Below are positions 45,646 to 54,798 of a stretch of 64,000 nt of DNA, one piece after another. The position numbers were made by a program, and so were the translations under genes. The DNA is from an uncultured virus (IMG/VR IMGVR_UViG_3300023174_000146). Its lineage: Duplodnaviria > Heunggongvirae > Uroviricota > Caudoviricetes. Each line of letters opens with the position of its first letter. The first letter of the stretch is position 1. Under the pieces are notes generated by a model that did no database searches, was not told the origin of the DNA, and saw only the letters and a list, made by a program, of their open reading frames with translations. The stretch lies in IMG/VR virus record IMGVR_UViG_3300023174_000146; one strand, 5' to 3'.

Positions 45646-45847
45646 TCTTCATTAGCTCTGATGCAGGGTACTCTACAATGGAGAACCCACCTGCAATCTT
45701 TTTGTCGTGATTGACTCTCACATATGTCATATGAGAAAGTGATCCGCCCACAAGCATCTGCTTGTGAGGCCTCATAAGAATCTCAGTGATTGTCCCCTTC
45801 ATGTGCATTGAAAGGATTGGGCAGACTCTGTCACCTACTCTTAGCAT
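45635..45847 (-). CDS. KOW-like protein
   Basis: MLRVGDRV. Confidence 0.6.
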   Translation of the reverse strand: MLRVGDRVCPILSMHMKGTITEILMRPHKQMLVGGSLSHMTYVRVNHDKKIAGGFSIVEYPASELMKIDD

Positions 45848-45848
45848 A

Positions 45849-46100
45849 TCAGTCCTTCCTCACAAATAGGCTCTGAACAACTCTCATGTTGTCTTCCGCA
45901 TCAGAAATCTGCTTGACTAGTGCAACACACTCATCGACGAGATTTGGATGATCTGCAACTCCTGCAGGATAGTTGACATACATACTAAGCTGTGCAACTG
46001 CTTGATCCTTCTTTGCCTTAAAATGGCTTTGAAGGGCTGTGATAATAAGTCCCGCTGTTCCAGGATTCTGACTCTGCTGATCGTTCAAGTATTCCTCCAT
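45849..46100 (-). CDS. Hypothetical helical protein
   Basis: P.GV.DHP motif; start moved to MEEYL. Confidence 0.6.
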   Translation of the reverse strand: MEEYLNDQQSQNPGTAGLIITALQSHFKAKKDQAVAQLSMYVNYPAGVADHPNLVDECVALVKQISDAEDNMRVVQSLFVRKD

Positions 46101-47152
46101 CACTTGCTGTGAATATGTGTTCGGCTCTCGTGCATTCCTGCAGAGGTAATTCTTATAAATTTTGCTTTTGCGCAAAGATCACTAATGCTTGTTGCACCTG
46201 AGTATGAGAGGCCGCTTCTAATTCCCTTCTCTAGGGAGGCGAGAACCTTTTCAAGGCTTCCCTTAGACTCCACCCAAGCAGAAACACCCTCCTCTGAGGC
46301 TGCGTGTCCTCGCCACTCCACTTGTGCCTCGATCGAGGCCATTCCACGGTAACGCTTGTGGGTCTTTCCGTCGATACGGAGAACAGTCCCCTCTGGCGTC
46401 TCATCAGTTCCTGAAAGAAGCGACCCCAACATCACAGCATCAGCACCCGCTGCAAGTGCCTTGACAATGTCACCAGATGTCTTGATTCCGCCATCAGCAA
46501 TAATCGATACAGTGCCAGCGTTCTCAGAGGCAGCGCAATCCATAACAGACCAGAGTGTAGGCACTCCATGACCAGTCTGGATTCGTGTACTACAGATAGA
46601 GCCGCCACCAATACCGACACGAACACTGTCAGCGCCTGCGCGCACTAGACGATCGAATCCTTCTCTCGTTGCAACATTTCCTGCCATAATGTGAACACTG
46701 TAACCAAGAACGGATCTAAGCTTCTCAATTGCGCTTAGAGCTGTCACGTGATCTCCGTGAGCAACATCTACACAGATGACATTTGCACCTGATTCTACAA
46801 GTCTAGAAGCACGCTCAATAAAATCACCAGTAATTCCCACAGCAGCGCCAGCGTGGTGTGTGAGATCTGGAAAGCCTAGGGTGTGTGAAGTATTGCTCAC
46901 CTCGCTGCACTGATCATCAATGGTATTGTACCTATGAATGATTCCAAGCCCACCAAGCTCTGCAATTCTCTTTGCAAGTCGGGAACCTGTCACAGTGTCC
47001 ATTGGCGAAGAGATGATTGGCAGAACAATTCTGCCAAGACCTCGAAGGTCGACGCTAATATCGACTGCAGATCTTGTAGCAATCTCAGAGTGTTGAGGAA
47101 CTAGAAGAACATCATCAAAACACAGAGCGTCTTGAATATTAGCGAGACTCAT
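46100..47152 (-). CDS. guaB: IMP dehydrogenase family protein (no CBS domains)
   Basis: [39 protein letters not shown]. Confidence 0.88.
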   Translation of the reverse strand: MSLANIQDALCFDDVLLVPQHSEIATRSAVDISVDLRGLGRIVLPIISSPMDTVTGSRLAKRIAELGGLGIIHRYNTIDDQCSEVSNTSHTLGFPDLTHHAGAAVGITGDFIERASRLVESGANVICVDVAHGDHVTALSAIEKLRSVLGYSVHIMAGNVATREGFDRLVRAGADSVRVGIGGGSICSTRIQTGHGVPTLWSVMDCAASENAGTVSIIADGGIKTSGDIVKALAAGADAVMLGSLLSGTDETPEGTVLRIDGKTHKRYRGMASIEAQVEWRGHAASEEGVSAWVESKGSLEKVLASLEKGIRSGLSYSGATSISDLCAKAKFIRITSAGMHESRTHIHSK

Positions 47153-47185
47153 TTACACCTCTAACGTAGATATTTTGTATTTTAG

Positions 47186-47268
47186 TAGGCCAAGAGGGAC
47201 TCGAACCCCCAAACCCGAAGGCATTCGTTTATGAGACGAGCGCGTTTAACCTATTCCGCCATTGGCCC
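47186..47268 (-). tRNA. tRNA with CAU anticodon and long variable arm, probably tRNA-Ile2
   Basis: Full cloverleaf; loop CTCATAA; C4-G69, C5-G68, A73; CCA not encoded. Confidence 0.8.
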
Positions 47269-47349
47269 ATATTATTTTCTCCATTTCACCGGAGATCTAC
47301 CTCTTTATTATAGCTTACTTAGTTATTTTTTATAAGAGATTTTATCTTT

Positions 47350-47622
47350 TTATCGTGCCAGAACACTCCGCGGACATCCGTGCATACGAAGGTATGACAT
47401 TCGCTGTCCGGGTGACACAGTGAAATAATCGGCTTGGCTCTCAAGTGAGCACTCACGCTGCTCATCAAGCGATGTAATAGTGCCACAGTCCCTGTCCAAA
47501 ATATAAAAGCTGCAACGATCCCACATGACATCACGATCCAGACTAGATGTCTGAGTTCGAGAATGAGATGCAGCACACGCTGACAGTAGGATGTGCAGAG
47601 CAATAATAAGATACTTTTTCAT
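47350..47622 (-). CDS. Putative lipoprotein
   Basis: MKKYLIIALHILLSAC lipobox. Confidence 0.6.
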   Translation of the reverse strand: MKKYLIIALHILLSACAASHSRTQTSSLDRDVMWDRCSFYILDRDCGTITSLDEQRECSLESQADYFTVSPGQRMSYLRMHGCPRSVLAR

Positions 47623-47849
47623 GTGTCATTTCTCGTGGGGTCAATTGCTGCGACAGGTGGGACTCGATTTCTTGCGGCATCACTGATCTTCACAAAATCA
47701 GTCTTATCAGCGTATTTCACTGTATTACCAGAATGCATATACGCTACAGCCTCGAGGTAGCCACCGGTCATCTTTGGCGGTGAGACGTAGTACAAGCTGT
47801 ACAGTAGACCATCCATGACATTTCTATAGATATACATAGATTTTATCAT
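47619..47849 (-). CDS. Hypothetical protein
   Basis: Tiled ORF. Confidence 0.55.
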   Translation of the reverse strand: MIKSMYIYRNVMDGLLYSLYYVSPPKMTGGYLEAVAYMHSGNTVKYADKTDFVKISDAARNRVPPVAAIDPTRNDT

Positions 47850-48082
47850 TCACTATCTAAGAAGTCATCGTAGTTCAACGTGGGCTTCTCTGTTGCTGCT
47901 CTCATTCGAGCAATGTCGGTGATCAGATCTTCAAGAGTTTCTCCCCACGGCGCAACAGGGGACTCAGTGCACGAGATCGGTGTGTCTGATGCGTTGTAGA
48001 ACACTTCGTGGATACCATAAGTCACTTCGTGTTTGTGACACTTCTTGACAACTCTGTAGTTCCATCTCGTGTATTCAGTCAT
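47846..48082 (-). CDS. Conserved phage protein (WNYRV...IHEV.Y type)
   Basis: WNYRVV, YGIHEVFY. Confidence 0.65.
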   Translation of the reverse strand: MTEYTRWNYRVVKKCHKHEVTYGIHEVFYNASDTPISCTESPVAPWGETLEDLITDIARMRAATEKPTLNYDDFLDSE

Positions 48083-48231
48083 TATCTTTTACCACTCGTG
48101 AAGATATAGGCAAATGTGAAAAATGCTGTAAACCATATCAGCGTCCACACAGTATATGTGTGTCCTATGAGATCCCAAAATTTGCTTAAGGGTCGCACAC
48201 CTCTAAGTATGCGTATTTTGTATTAGAAAAA

Positions 48232-48319
48232 CGGAAGCGATAGGATTCGAACCTACGGTACCCTTTTGAGGTACACAACATTTCCAGTGTTGCGCCTTCG
48301 ACCACTCGGCCACACTTCC
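48232..48319 (-). tRNA. tRNA-Ser(GGA)
   Basis: Cloverleaf with long variable arm, loop CTGGAAA, G73. Confidence 0.92.
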
Positions 48320-48384
48320 AGTGCATTAATCTCTCGGACGACCGTAATCACTCTCCATTATTTCGGCTGCCTTGTAACAGATAA

Positions 48385-48413
48385 ATAATACATCATGTGG
48401 TATAAATTTACAC
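48385..48413 (-). promoter_or_regulatory. Class I promoter GTGTAA-N17-TATTAT
   Basis: Recurring motif upstream of tRNA-Ser. Confidence 0.75.
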
Positions 48414-48548
48414 AGATCATCAACTATTTTTTTCTTTGTCCATAAAGAACGCATGCGTTGTCTTATCAAGACAATAAACTGCTCTAAGATAAGATCATCC
48501 ATAAAAATTAGATTTTATCATTGTGTGAGATGTTGTAATTAAAGAACA

Positions 48549-48555
48549 ATATTTA
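48549..48555 (+). promoter_or_regulatory. Class II motif ATATTTA, 6 nt before ATG
   Basis: ACAAT-ATTT-ATTGT mini-hairpin. Confidence 0.6.
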
Positions 48556-48561
48556 TTGTGT

Positions 48562-49689
48562 ATGACACTAAAAATTGGAATCACATTCGACCCTCCAGAT
48601 GCACCAATGGGCATGTTTAACAATGGTATAAGGCAGAATGCGCTTTATCTTGCAGAGCTGCTTATAAACATGGAGTACGATGTTCATCTTATTGTGCAGC
48701 AACACAAGATAGCAAAAGTCAAGGGGTTGTACGGATTTGATGAAAGATATAAGTGTTCAAATCACGAAAGAATAGTTGAAGACAATTTTGACATTGTTAT
48801 TCAGCTTGCATTTCAGCTTCTTAGAACTGACTTTGAGAAGTTAAAAAAGACAAAAACAAAAATAGTATACTACAATTGTGGACCGAATTACGTCATAGAC
48901 GTGGAACATTTTCTATTCGGAACAACAGTGAATGAGCCACACTATTCTGTTTTAACAGGTATACACCCAGCATTTGATCAGGTTTGGTCAATTCCGCAGA
49001 TGGAAATCAACAAGTCATTTTATGAGACACTATATAGAACAGAAGTAAAAATTGTGCCTTTTATCTGGTCACATATGGCTACAGATCAACTTCAAAAAAA
49101 CAGCTCGGATGACCTAAGGTACAAGCAGAAAAATACGCCGATGAAAGCTGCAATATTTGAACCTAATCTAAATGTTATTAAGTGGTCATTTCCTGCACTA
49201 TTAGTTTGTGAAAATGCTTATAGAAAAGATAAGTGTCTAAAACACGTGTATGTCACTAATATTCCAAAGACAAAGGAAGATGAGACTAGACACACGAGAC
49301 AATTTACAAAGCTTGTGAAATCAACTGACCTGTTCAACGACAAAAAGATAAGCGTTGAGAACAGATACAACACACTAATATTTATGATGAAGTATGCAGA
49401 CATTGCTGTCTCTCACCAGTGGCAAAATCCTCTAAATTATCTTTATCTAGACCTTGCTTGGATGGGATGGCCGATCGTTCACAACGCACATCTCTGCAAA
49501 GACATTGGATACTACTACGAGGACTTCGACTACAAAATGGGAGGAGATGTTCTATCAGAGGCTGTCAAAAATCACGACAATGACAAAGAGTATCTCGAAC
49601 GTCAGCGTGCTCTAATTGATAGATACTTGCCATCAAACAAGGCACTGCAAGATGCGTATAGAAAACTTATCAGTGATCTGATCGGATAA
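48562..49689 (+). CDS. DUF2827-like putative glycosyltransferase
   Basis: NGIRQN, IFEPNLNVIK, SHQWQNPLNYLYLD...PIVHN. Confidence 0.75.
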   Translation: MTLKIGITFDPPDAPMGMFNNGIRQNALYLAELLINMEYDVHLIVQQHKIAKVKGLYGFDERYKCSNHERIVEDNFDIVIQLAFQLLRTDFEKLKKTKTKIVYYNCGPNYVIDVEHFLFGTTVNEPHYSVLTGIHPAFDQVWSIPQMEINKSFYETLYRTEVKIVPFIWSHMATDQLQKNSSDDLRYKQKNTPMKAAIFEPNLNVIKWSFPALLVCENAYRKDKCLKHVYVTNIPKTKEDETRHTRQFTKLVKSTDLFNDKKISVENRYNTLIFMMKYADIAVSHQWQNPLNYLYLDLAWMGWPIVHNAHLCKDIGYYYEDFDYKMGGDVLSEAVKNHDNDKEYLERQRALIDRYLPSNKALQDAYRKLISDLIG

Positions 49690-49690
49690 T

Positions 49691-50149
49691 TTATTTCTTT
49701 GCAATTTTCTGAGGTCTTTCGGCGGAGAACATCTTCTCAAGTATCTCATTGCTGTACTTGTCGCGCTCTCCTCCTCCAATTCCCCACACGCAGGCAATTC
49801 CCATCTCATTGCAGAGCCTGCGCTCTGGCGTATTGTAATGAGTTCTGTTTCCACCGTTTCCAAAGATATTTGGCTTGAGACGCATAAGCGCCTCACACAC
49901 TGTGTCATCTTCATCATTCACACGTTCGACTGAGTGAACTCCAGTGACTGATAATAACATTTCGCGGCGGTCGCTCCACGGCATTAGAAGAAATCCTTTG
50001 TTTCTTTTCACCCACTCATCACTATTTAGAAAAATCACAACTTTTCCAAAGTACTCTGCACCCTTTATCATTCTGATGTGTCCTGGGTGCAGGACATCAA
50101 ATGCCCCAGAGAGCGCTATAATTTGATTTTGAACGTTTACATCAAACAT
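49691..50149 (-). CDS. Cytidylyltransferase family protein
   Basis: SGAFDVLHPGH, LNSDEW, NGGNR. Confidence 0.85.
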   Translation of the reverse strand: MFDVNVQNQIIALSGAFDVLHPGHIRMIKGAEYFGKVVIFLNSDEWVKRNKGFLLMPWSDRREMLLSVTGVHSVERVNDEDDTVCEALMRLKPNIFGNGGNRTHYNTPERRLCNEMGIACVWGIGGGERDKYSNEILEKMFSAERPQKIAKK

Positions 50150-50199
50150 ACAATTTCAAACTTTCTTATCGCTGTTCTCGATAGTGATCTACCGTCATA

Positions 50200-50457
50200 T
50201 CACTCAATATCAGCGCAGTAAAGAGCTTGTTCTGGAATACAGATTGAAAACTCTGAAACTGTTCCGTCTGTGTCGTTTACACCCTGTACAAGGACACCTC
50301 CAGACTCCTCACACCTCTCTGCGAGAGTTCTGTTTGGAACTGATAGATGACCGCTGCTTGTGTATAAGAACCAACACACTGTTACAACCACAATAGCAGC
50401 AACGACAATTGAAAATGCGAACATCATCCCTTTTGATTCTTCATTCATACTTCTCAC
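50200..50457 (-). CDS. Small membrane protein
   Basis: Single hydrophobic segment. Confidence 0.55.
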   Translation of the reverse strand: MRSMNEESKGMMFAFSIVVAAIVVVTVCWFLYTSSGHLSVPNRTLAERCEESGGVLVQGVNDTDGTVSEFSICIPEQALYCADIE

Positions 50458-50743
50458 CTGAATTCATAGGTTGAATTATATTACACCATAGGGGTCTGCC
50501 CCTCTGGTCATTGTAATCAGCAATTGAGTATATTACATTCTGACACATGAAATGTATCAGTGTATTACCTATTGCACTTTTCTCTGTTCCGTTAACGATA
50601 ATGGCTACTGTACCCACTTCAAGGTAACGACACATGCTGTGCTTTTCGCACCAGAATATTGTAGTTGTATCCTCGCTGGAATCAGTCGGCTTACGGACAA
50701 GCCTTATCAAAGTTCCAGGTTGTAAGAAGTGTGAATACATCAA
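50441..50743 (-). CDS. KOW-like protein
   Basis: LQPGTLIRL. Confidence 0.55.
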   Translation of the reverse strand: MMYSHFLQPGTLIRLVRKPTDSSEDTTTIFWCEKHSMCRYLEVGTVAIIVNGTEKSAIGNTLIHFMCQNVIYSIADYNDQRGRPLWCNIIQPMNSGEKYE

Positions 50744-51066
50744 GCAGGATTAGTTGGATTCGAATTTACCAATTGATAGTAAGCACCTTCGTAACAATCA
50801 GCTCTCAGCCAGTCTGGTATGAAGTTGGCGTCATTTTCTTTAAACATACTCTTAAGCTTCATAACGCTGAAATGCTTTCCCACACAGAACCATGTGTCTG
50901 GATAGTGTCCCCATCCCTCTGTAACGGTTATACGAGCCATTAACGGCGGCGTGCCCACTGACATTCCCCCATCATATGATCCGTATCCGAACTCAATCCT
51001 ACCTCCTCCGAGAAGAGGAAACGTTAGCATTATGCTGCTCGGTGCTTTCCACATTTGTGTTCTCAC
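50740..51066 (-). CDS. Hypothetical protein
   Basis: Tiled ORF. Confidence 0.55.
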   Translation of the reverse strand: MRTQMWKAPSSIMLTFPLLGGGRIEFGYGSYDGGMSVGTPPLMARITVTEGWGHYPDTWFCVGKHFSVMKLKSMFKENDANFIPDWLRADCYEGAYYQLVNSNPTNPA

Positions 51067-51323
51067 TTCTTAAAGACATGTCTCGTCCTAGAAGCTGCAC
51101 CAATGTCTGTCTGGTGTAGAATTGAGCTAGACATGTCAGAGTCAACAGTGTCATTCATCTTGCACTGAATGACTTGACATATATATTTTCCACCTCTAAA
51201 ATCCGTATGATCCTCTGCTGATTTAACTGCACTACTAAAATTATCATAAAGGCCTACGACGTAGGAGTGATCATGATCATCACCCCACCTAAGCGCTTCT
51301 ACGATGTAATAGATACTAGTCAT
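51063..51323 (-). CDS. Hypothetical protein
   Basis: A.RWG....HSYVVG...RGGKY motif. Confidence 0.6.
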   Translation of the reverse strand: MTSIYYIVEALRWGDDHDHSYVVGLYDNFSSAVKSAEDHTDFRGGKYICQVIQCKMNDTVDSDMSSSILHQTDIGAASRTRHVFKK

Positions 51324-51530
51324 TCAATTAAAATCTATAGAGACTTCAGACAATTCACTGCGGTAAAACCACGTATACGTGTTCTCAAACATGACGAGAA
51401 CTTGTAATTCTATCTCTAGAATTCCGTCGGGCTCCTCTACTTCTAATACGAGTCCTACTCGATCCTTGAGATCCTGACCCGAACTGTAGACTGACGCCGT
51501 CACCACCTTGACAAGATCTCCTGGATTCAC
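51324..51530 (-). CDS. KOW-like protein
   Basis: MNPGDLVKV...VGLVLEV. Confidence 0.65.
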   Translation of the reverse strand: MNPGDLVKVVTASVYSSGQDLKDRVGLVLEVEEPDGILEIELQVLVMFENTYTWFYRSELSEVSIDFN

Positions 51531-51738
51531 TCAACACCTCTAATATATCGCAGGAATTCACAGATTCCACAATCTGCGGCTTCCCTCTGTATGTAGGATG
51601 AGGAGTGACAAGCATATCCCAATTATCGCTATCATTGTATTGATAGATCAATACAGCGATTCCTCCACTTAAATTTTGATTCATCAGTCTCAAATCACGC
51701 GTGAAGGATTTAAGAAGAACTAGATCGCCTAACTGCAC
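51385..51738 (-). CDS. KOW-like protein with run-on tail overlapping the next gene
   Basis: MQLGDLVLL. Confidence 0.55.
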   Translation of the reverse strand: MQLGDLVLLKSFTRDLRLMNQNLSGGIAVLIYQYNDSDNWDMLVTPHPTYRGKPQIVESVNSCDILEVLSESRRSCQGGDGVSLQFGSGSQGSSRTRIRSRGARRNSRDRITSSRHV

Positions 51739-52361
51739 TGTGTCTCCTGAACGGTCGTGTGTGCATCAGCAATCTTCTTCCTGATCACGGTTCGAAGACC
51801 AGGATTGACCAGCAGCGCATGGGGAATAATGTCGTGTCTAATTCTATTCCTGTTGTGATTTCTTGACTCATTACTTGGATCGTGAACGAATGGCACGTCC
51901 TTCCTAGTGCACCAGGAGACAAGCGTCTCCTTTGGAACCATCAGAAAAGGACGAATCACATTGCTGCTTGGGTTTGCACCGCGCATAAGCGTAGGATTTC
52001 CATTCAGTGAAGTGAAGATCCACCACTCCACAGCGTCATCCAAGTGGTGTGCTGTCACAACAGGTGCATTACTGTGCTCTCTAAAGAACCTAATCCGTTC
52101 ATTTCTCCAGAACTCTTCCATCGATTCACCGGGTAGTTTTTCCCTGGTGATGGTAGATACTGTGAGTGGAATTCCTGCAGCGCTGCAGTAGTCAACAACA
52201 AACTTTCGAGCATCAGATCCGTGTGGAGTGCCATGGTCAAAGTGGAGGGCGTGAACACTTCGCTTTCCCTTGACTAAAAAATCAAGAGCAGCCATAGAGT
52301 CCGCGCCTCCTGACACAGCCACGTAGACTTCCTTGGGCACCTGTCCGAGTAGACGAATCAT
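51729..52361 (-). CDS. tilS: tRNA(Ile)-lysidine synthetase, catalytic domain only
   Basis: VAVSGGADS, TAHHLDD, IRPFL, DPSN, RNRIRH. Confidence 0.85.
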   Translation of the reverse strand: MIRLLGQVPKEVYVAVSGGADSMAALDFLVKGKRSVHALHFDHGTPHGSDARKFVVDYCSAAGIPLTVSTITREKLPGESMEEFWRNERIRFFREHSNAPVVTAHHLDDAVEWWIFTSLNGNPTLMRGANPSSNVIRPFLMVPKETLVSWCTRKDVPFVHDPSNESRNHNRNRIRHDIIPHALLVNPGLRTVIRKKIADAHTTVQETQCS

Positions 52362-52395
52362 CGAAATTCAGCGAGGAGCTTAAAGTTGATCATTA

Positions 52396-52674
52396 TTACT
52401 CCGAATCAGATTCATTTACGCGTCGGTCCTTTGCCTTCACGCGTGCCTTGCTCTGCTTTGAAGAAGTATTTTCTGAAATTACTGTAGACGTCTCAGGCTT
52501 GCGTGTGCGGACCGTGTATCCTGCAGCAATACGCAACACCTTTACTTGCACGTCTCCGGATGCACGAAGCTGCTCTGCCCTCGAATGAGCAGGTCCATAC
52601 TCATTAAAGGTTGCAACAACTGTCCAGGGCCTACCGACGGTGCCAACTGTTTCAACGCTGTTATTACTTGCCAT
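52396..52674 (-). CDS. Hypothetical protein
   Basis: AGGAGG SD. Confidence 0.6.
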   Translation of the reverse strand: MASNNSVETVGTVGRPWTVVATFNEYGPAHSRAEQLRASGDVQVKVLRIAAGYTVRTRKPETSTVISENTSSKQSKARVKAKDRRVNESDSE

Positions 52675-52727
52675 ATTTCCTCCTAGGAACTAGGCAATTA
52701 TTGCCACAACACTTCGATTGTATAGAC

Positions 52728-52988
52728 TCAGCGCTCTAGATCAAAAAACTCTGCAACTTCCTCAGTTCTATATCCGCTGATGTGCTGCATCTTGTGGCGT
52801 CGAAGCTCAGACGTCGTCCAAACAGACATCATGTTTACCTGCACAAGATCAAGCTCGTGCTCGACCATTAGCTGCATTGGCTCCTTCTTCATGATGAGAG
52901 CGAGCTCATCGAGACGCATAGGAAGCCTGCAGATGGCCTTGTACACTGCGAGCTCCTCTTCTGTCTTAACTAGATTTGACAACATCAT
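52728..52988 (-). CDS. Hypothetical protein
   Basis: AAGGAG SD; class II motif at 53003-53009. Confidence 0.6.
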   Translation of the reverse strand: MMLSNLVKTEEELAVYKAICRLPMRLDELALIMKKEPMQLMVEHELDLVQVNMMSVWTTSELRRHKMQHISGYRTEEVAEFFDLER

Positions 52989-53027
52989 TAAACTCCTTGC
53001 TCTAAATATGCCACTAGCACTGCCAAT

Positions 53028-53450
53028 TCACTCGGAAGTCTTTGAGATCTCTTCCAGAAGCATTTGATACACTGCGTGAATTCGAAGGTGCATCGACTTG
53101 GGTGCAGGTTGTGTCTTTCCACTAGCATTTGTGACACTAGACATCATCTTCTGACTGATGTCTCTTGTGATTTTTATCGATCCAGGTCCCTTTATGTTTT
53201 TTAACGACCTTGAAAGTGACTGGCGCCACATCTTGCGAAACTTTCTCTTCGCCTTACGCTGCTCATCTGGCGGTAGCGATGCAAGAAATCTCCTCACCTC
53301 ATCAATCGGATTATCAAAGAGACTGATCGCAGAGGCTGACAGCGGAAAGAACATAATCTCTCTTGCAGCTTTAGGACAAACAGGTGCGATGCCCTTATCG
53401 AGCATTGCCATTTGCGCAAGAAGCCGCTTACCTTCAGAGACTCCAGACAT
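53028..53450 (-). CDS. Hypothetical protein
   Basis: Start moved to MSGV, downstream of promoter. Confidence 0.6.
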   Translation of the reverse strand: MSGVSEGKRLLAQMAMLDKGIAPVCPKAAREIMFFPLSASAISLFDNPIDEVRRFLASLPPDEQRKAKRKFRKMWRQSLSRSLKNIKGPGSIKITRDISQKMMSSVTNASGKTQPAPKSMHLRIHAVYQMLLEEISKTSE

Positions 53451-53468
53451 TTCTACACCTATATGATT

Positions 53469-53497
53469 ACTGTACACTAGGAGCAATTAAATTGCAC
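53469..53497 (-). promoter_or_regulatory. Class I promoter GTGCAA-N17-TACAGT
   Basis: Recurring motif. Confidence 0.7.
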
Positions 53498-53581
53498 TGT
53501 CGCAGAAAATTTTAGAATCTCTATATCTGATAAAGCAGTCTGTATAAATCTGGCCTAAATTATTATTGACAATAGAGCTAG

Positions 53582-54349
53582 TTAGACGCCATACATGCCA
53601 CGAGTCGCATTGAAGTTCTGCAACACCTGATCTGCTGTCAGTGCAGTGTTATACACAAGAAATTTACCCAAGCGCATACTCGCATAAGTGCCGTCGCCCA
53701 TGTTAGTGATATCATCCGCTGCAATCGTATAGTAGATCCCAGCGCCGCCCTCGATCGGGTTCTGTCTCGAGAAGGTATTAGTGCCAGCCGGCGCACCGTT
53801 AACGTATGCACGAAGGGTGGTGCCATCATACACAATCATGAAGTGGTACCAGTTGTTTAAGGGAGTGGCAACTGTGGATGTGATGCTGCTAATTGATGTG
53901 CCGTTCCACATGCCGAACTTTATTGTGCCGGCCACCATCTCCATGGTGGCATTATGCCACCCGGCAGCGTTGGGAAGCGCTGAAGTTCCAACCTCTGAGA
54001 GCAGCACGCCGTTATCCATTGGATACGCCCACATTGAGATCGAGGTGATGTCGGTGGTGACCTTAGCGGCGAGTGAGGTGTTCGTAATTAGAACATCGTT
54101 AGAGCCATCGAAGGTGAGGTACCCACTGCTGTATGTGGGACCGTTGTAGAGCGTGGCATTGCTGTTGGCTACCAGATCAGTAACGGTGGCTCCGCTGCCT
54201 GGATAGGAATCAGTGTTGCCGATATCATAATGAAGCACGAGGCCGGCTGCAACGATTTCAGCCGGCGGAGTATAGAATCCGGCACTAAATCCCCCAGAGC
54301 CGAGGTTACCTGTCCTAAAACCCTGACCGAATCCAGAGGGCATGATCAA
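53582..54349 (-). CDS. LamG/ConA-like lectin domain virion protein
   Basis: GLVLHYD...SYPGSG..V.DL, FDGSND, WYH....YDG....YVNG, YNTALT. Confidence 0.8.
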   Translation of the reverse strand: MIMPSGFGQGFRTGNLGSGGFSAGFYTPPAEIVAAGLVLHYDIGNTDSYPGSGATVTDLVANSNATLYNGPTYSSGYLTFDGSNDVLITNTSLAAKVTTDITSISMWAYPMDNGVLLSEVGTSALPNAAGWHNATMEMVAGTIKFGMWNGTSISSITSTVATPLNNWYHFMIVYDGTTLRAYVNGAPAGTNTFSRQNPIEGGAGIYYTIAADDITNMGDGTYASMRLGKFLVYNTALTADQVLQNFNATRGMYGV

Positions 54350-54732
54350 CCCACGCCCTGATATCCGTTTGATCCTGTGAGTGTCAAGAAGTTCTTGACT
54401 GGAACGTATGTGAGACCTGCAACCACCGTGTATGTGGGTGCTCCAGCACTTCCAGATAGGAATATTTTATCTGTTCTAAGCTCAGCAGAGAAAGACTCTG
54501 AACCGCTTAAGTAAAAATAATTTGAATTTGCAGTCTTGAGACCGTTCTCGGTAAATGCTACAGACAGGACTGAGCTCGTAGGCCCAGTGTTTTTTATTAC
54601 TAAAAACCTCGATACAAGGTTAAAACTTAGCTCCTTGACCTGTCCTAGTGCGATATTTGATGATATGACAAACGGAACTGCTGAAATTTGATATGCGGGT
54701 GTGTAATTCTCACCGACGAATGGCGTGTTCAT
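54346..54732 (-). CDS. Putative virion structural protein
   Basis: YQISA.P, beta-rich, LTGS.G..G ending; class II promoter. Confidence 0.55.
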   Translation of the reverse strand: MNTPFVGENYTPAYQISAVPFVISSNIALGQVKELSFNLVSRFLVIKNTGPTSSVLSVAFTENGLKTANSNYFYLSGSESFSAELRTDKIFLSGSAGAPTYTVVAGLTYVPVKNFLTLTGSNGYQGVG

Positions 54733-54735
54733 TTG

Positions 54736-54784
54736 GTCTTCCTGTCAATGCGGTCTCGCAATAAATATCACCGCGACAGAAGAC
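54736..54784 (-). promoter_or_regulatory. Class II motif ATATTTA (54762-54768) in the loop of a long hairpin sequestering the SD
   Basis: GTCTTC(C)TGTC/GACAGAAGAC and GCGGT/ACCGC stems. Confidence 0.7.
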
Positions 54785-54798
54785 GTTAAAGAAATTTC

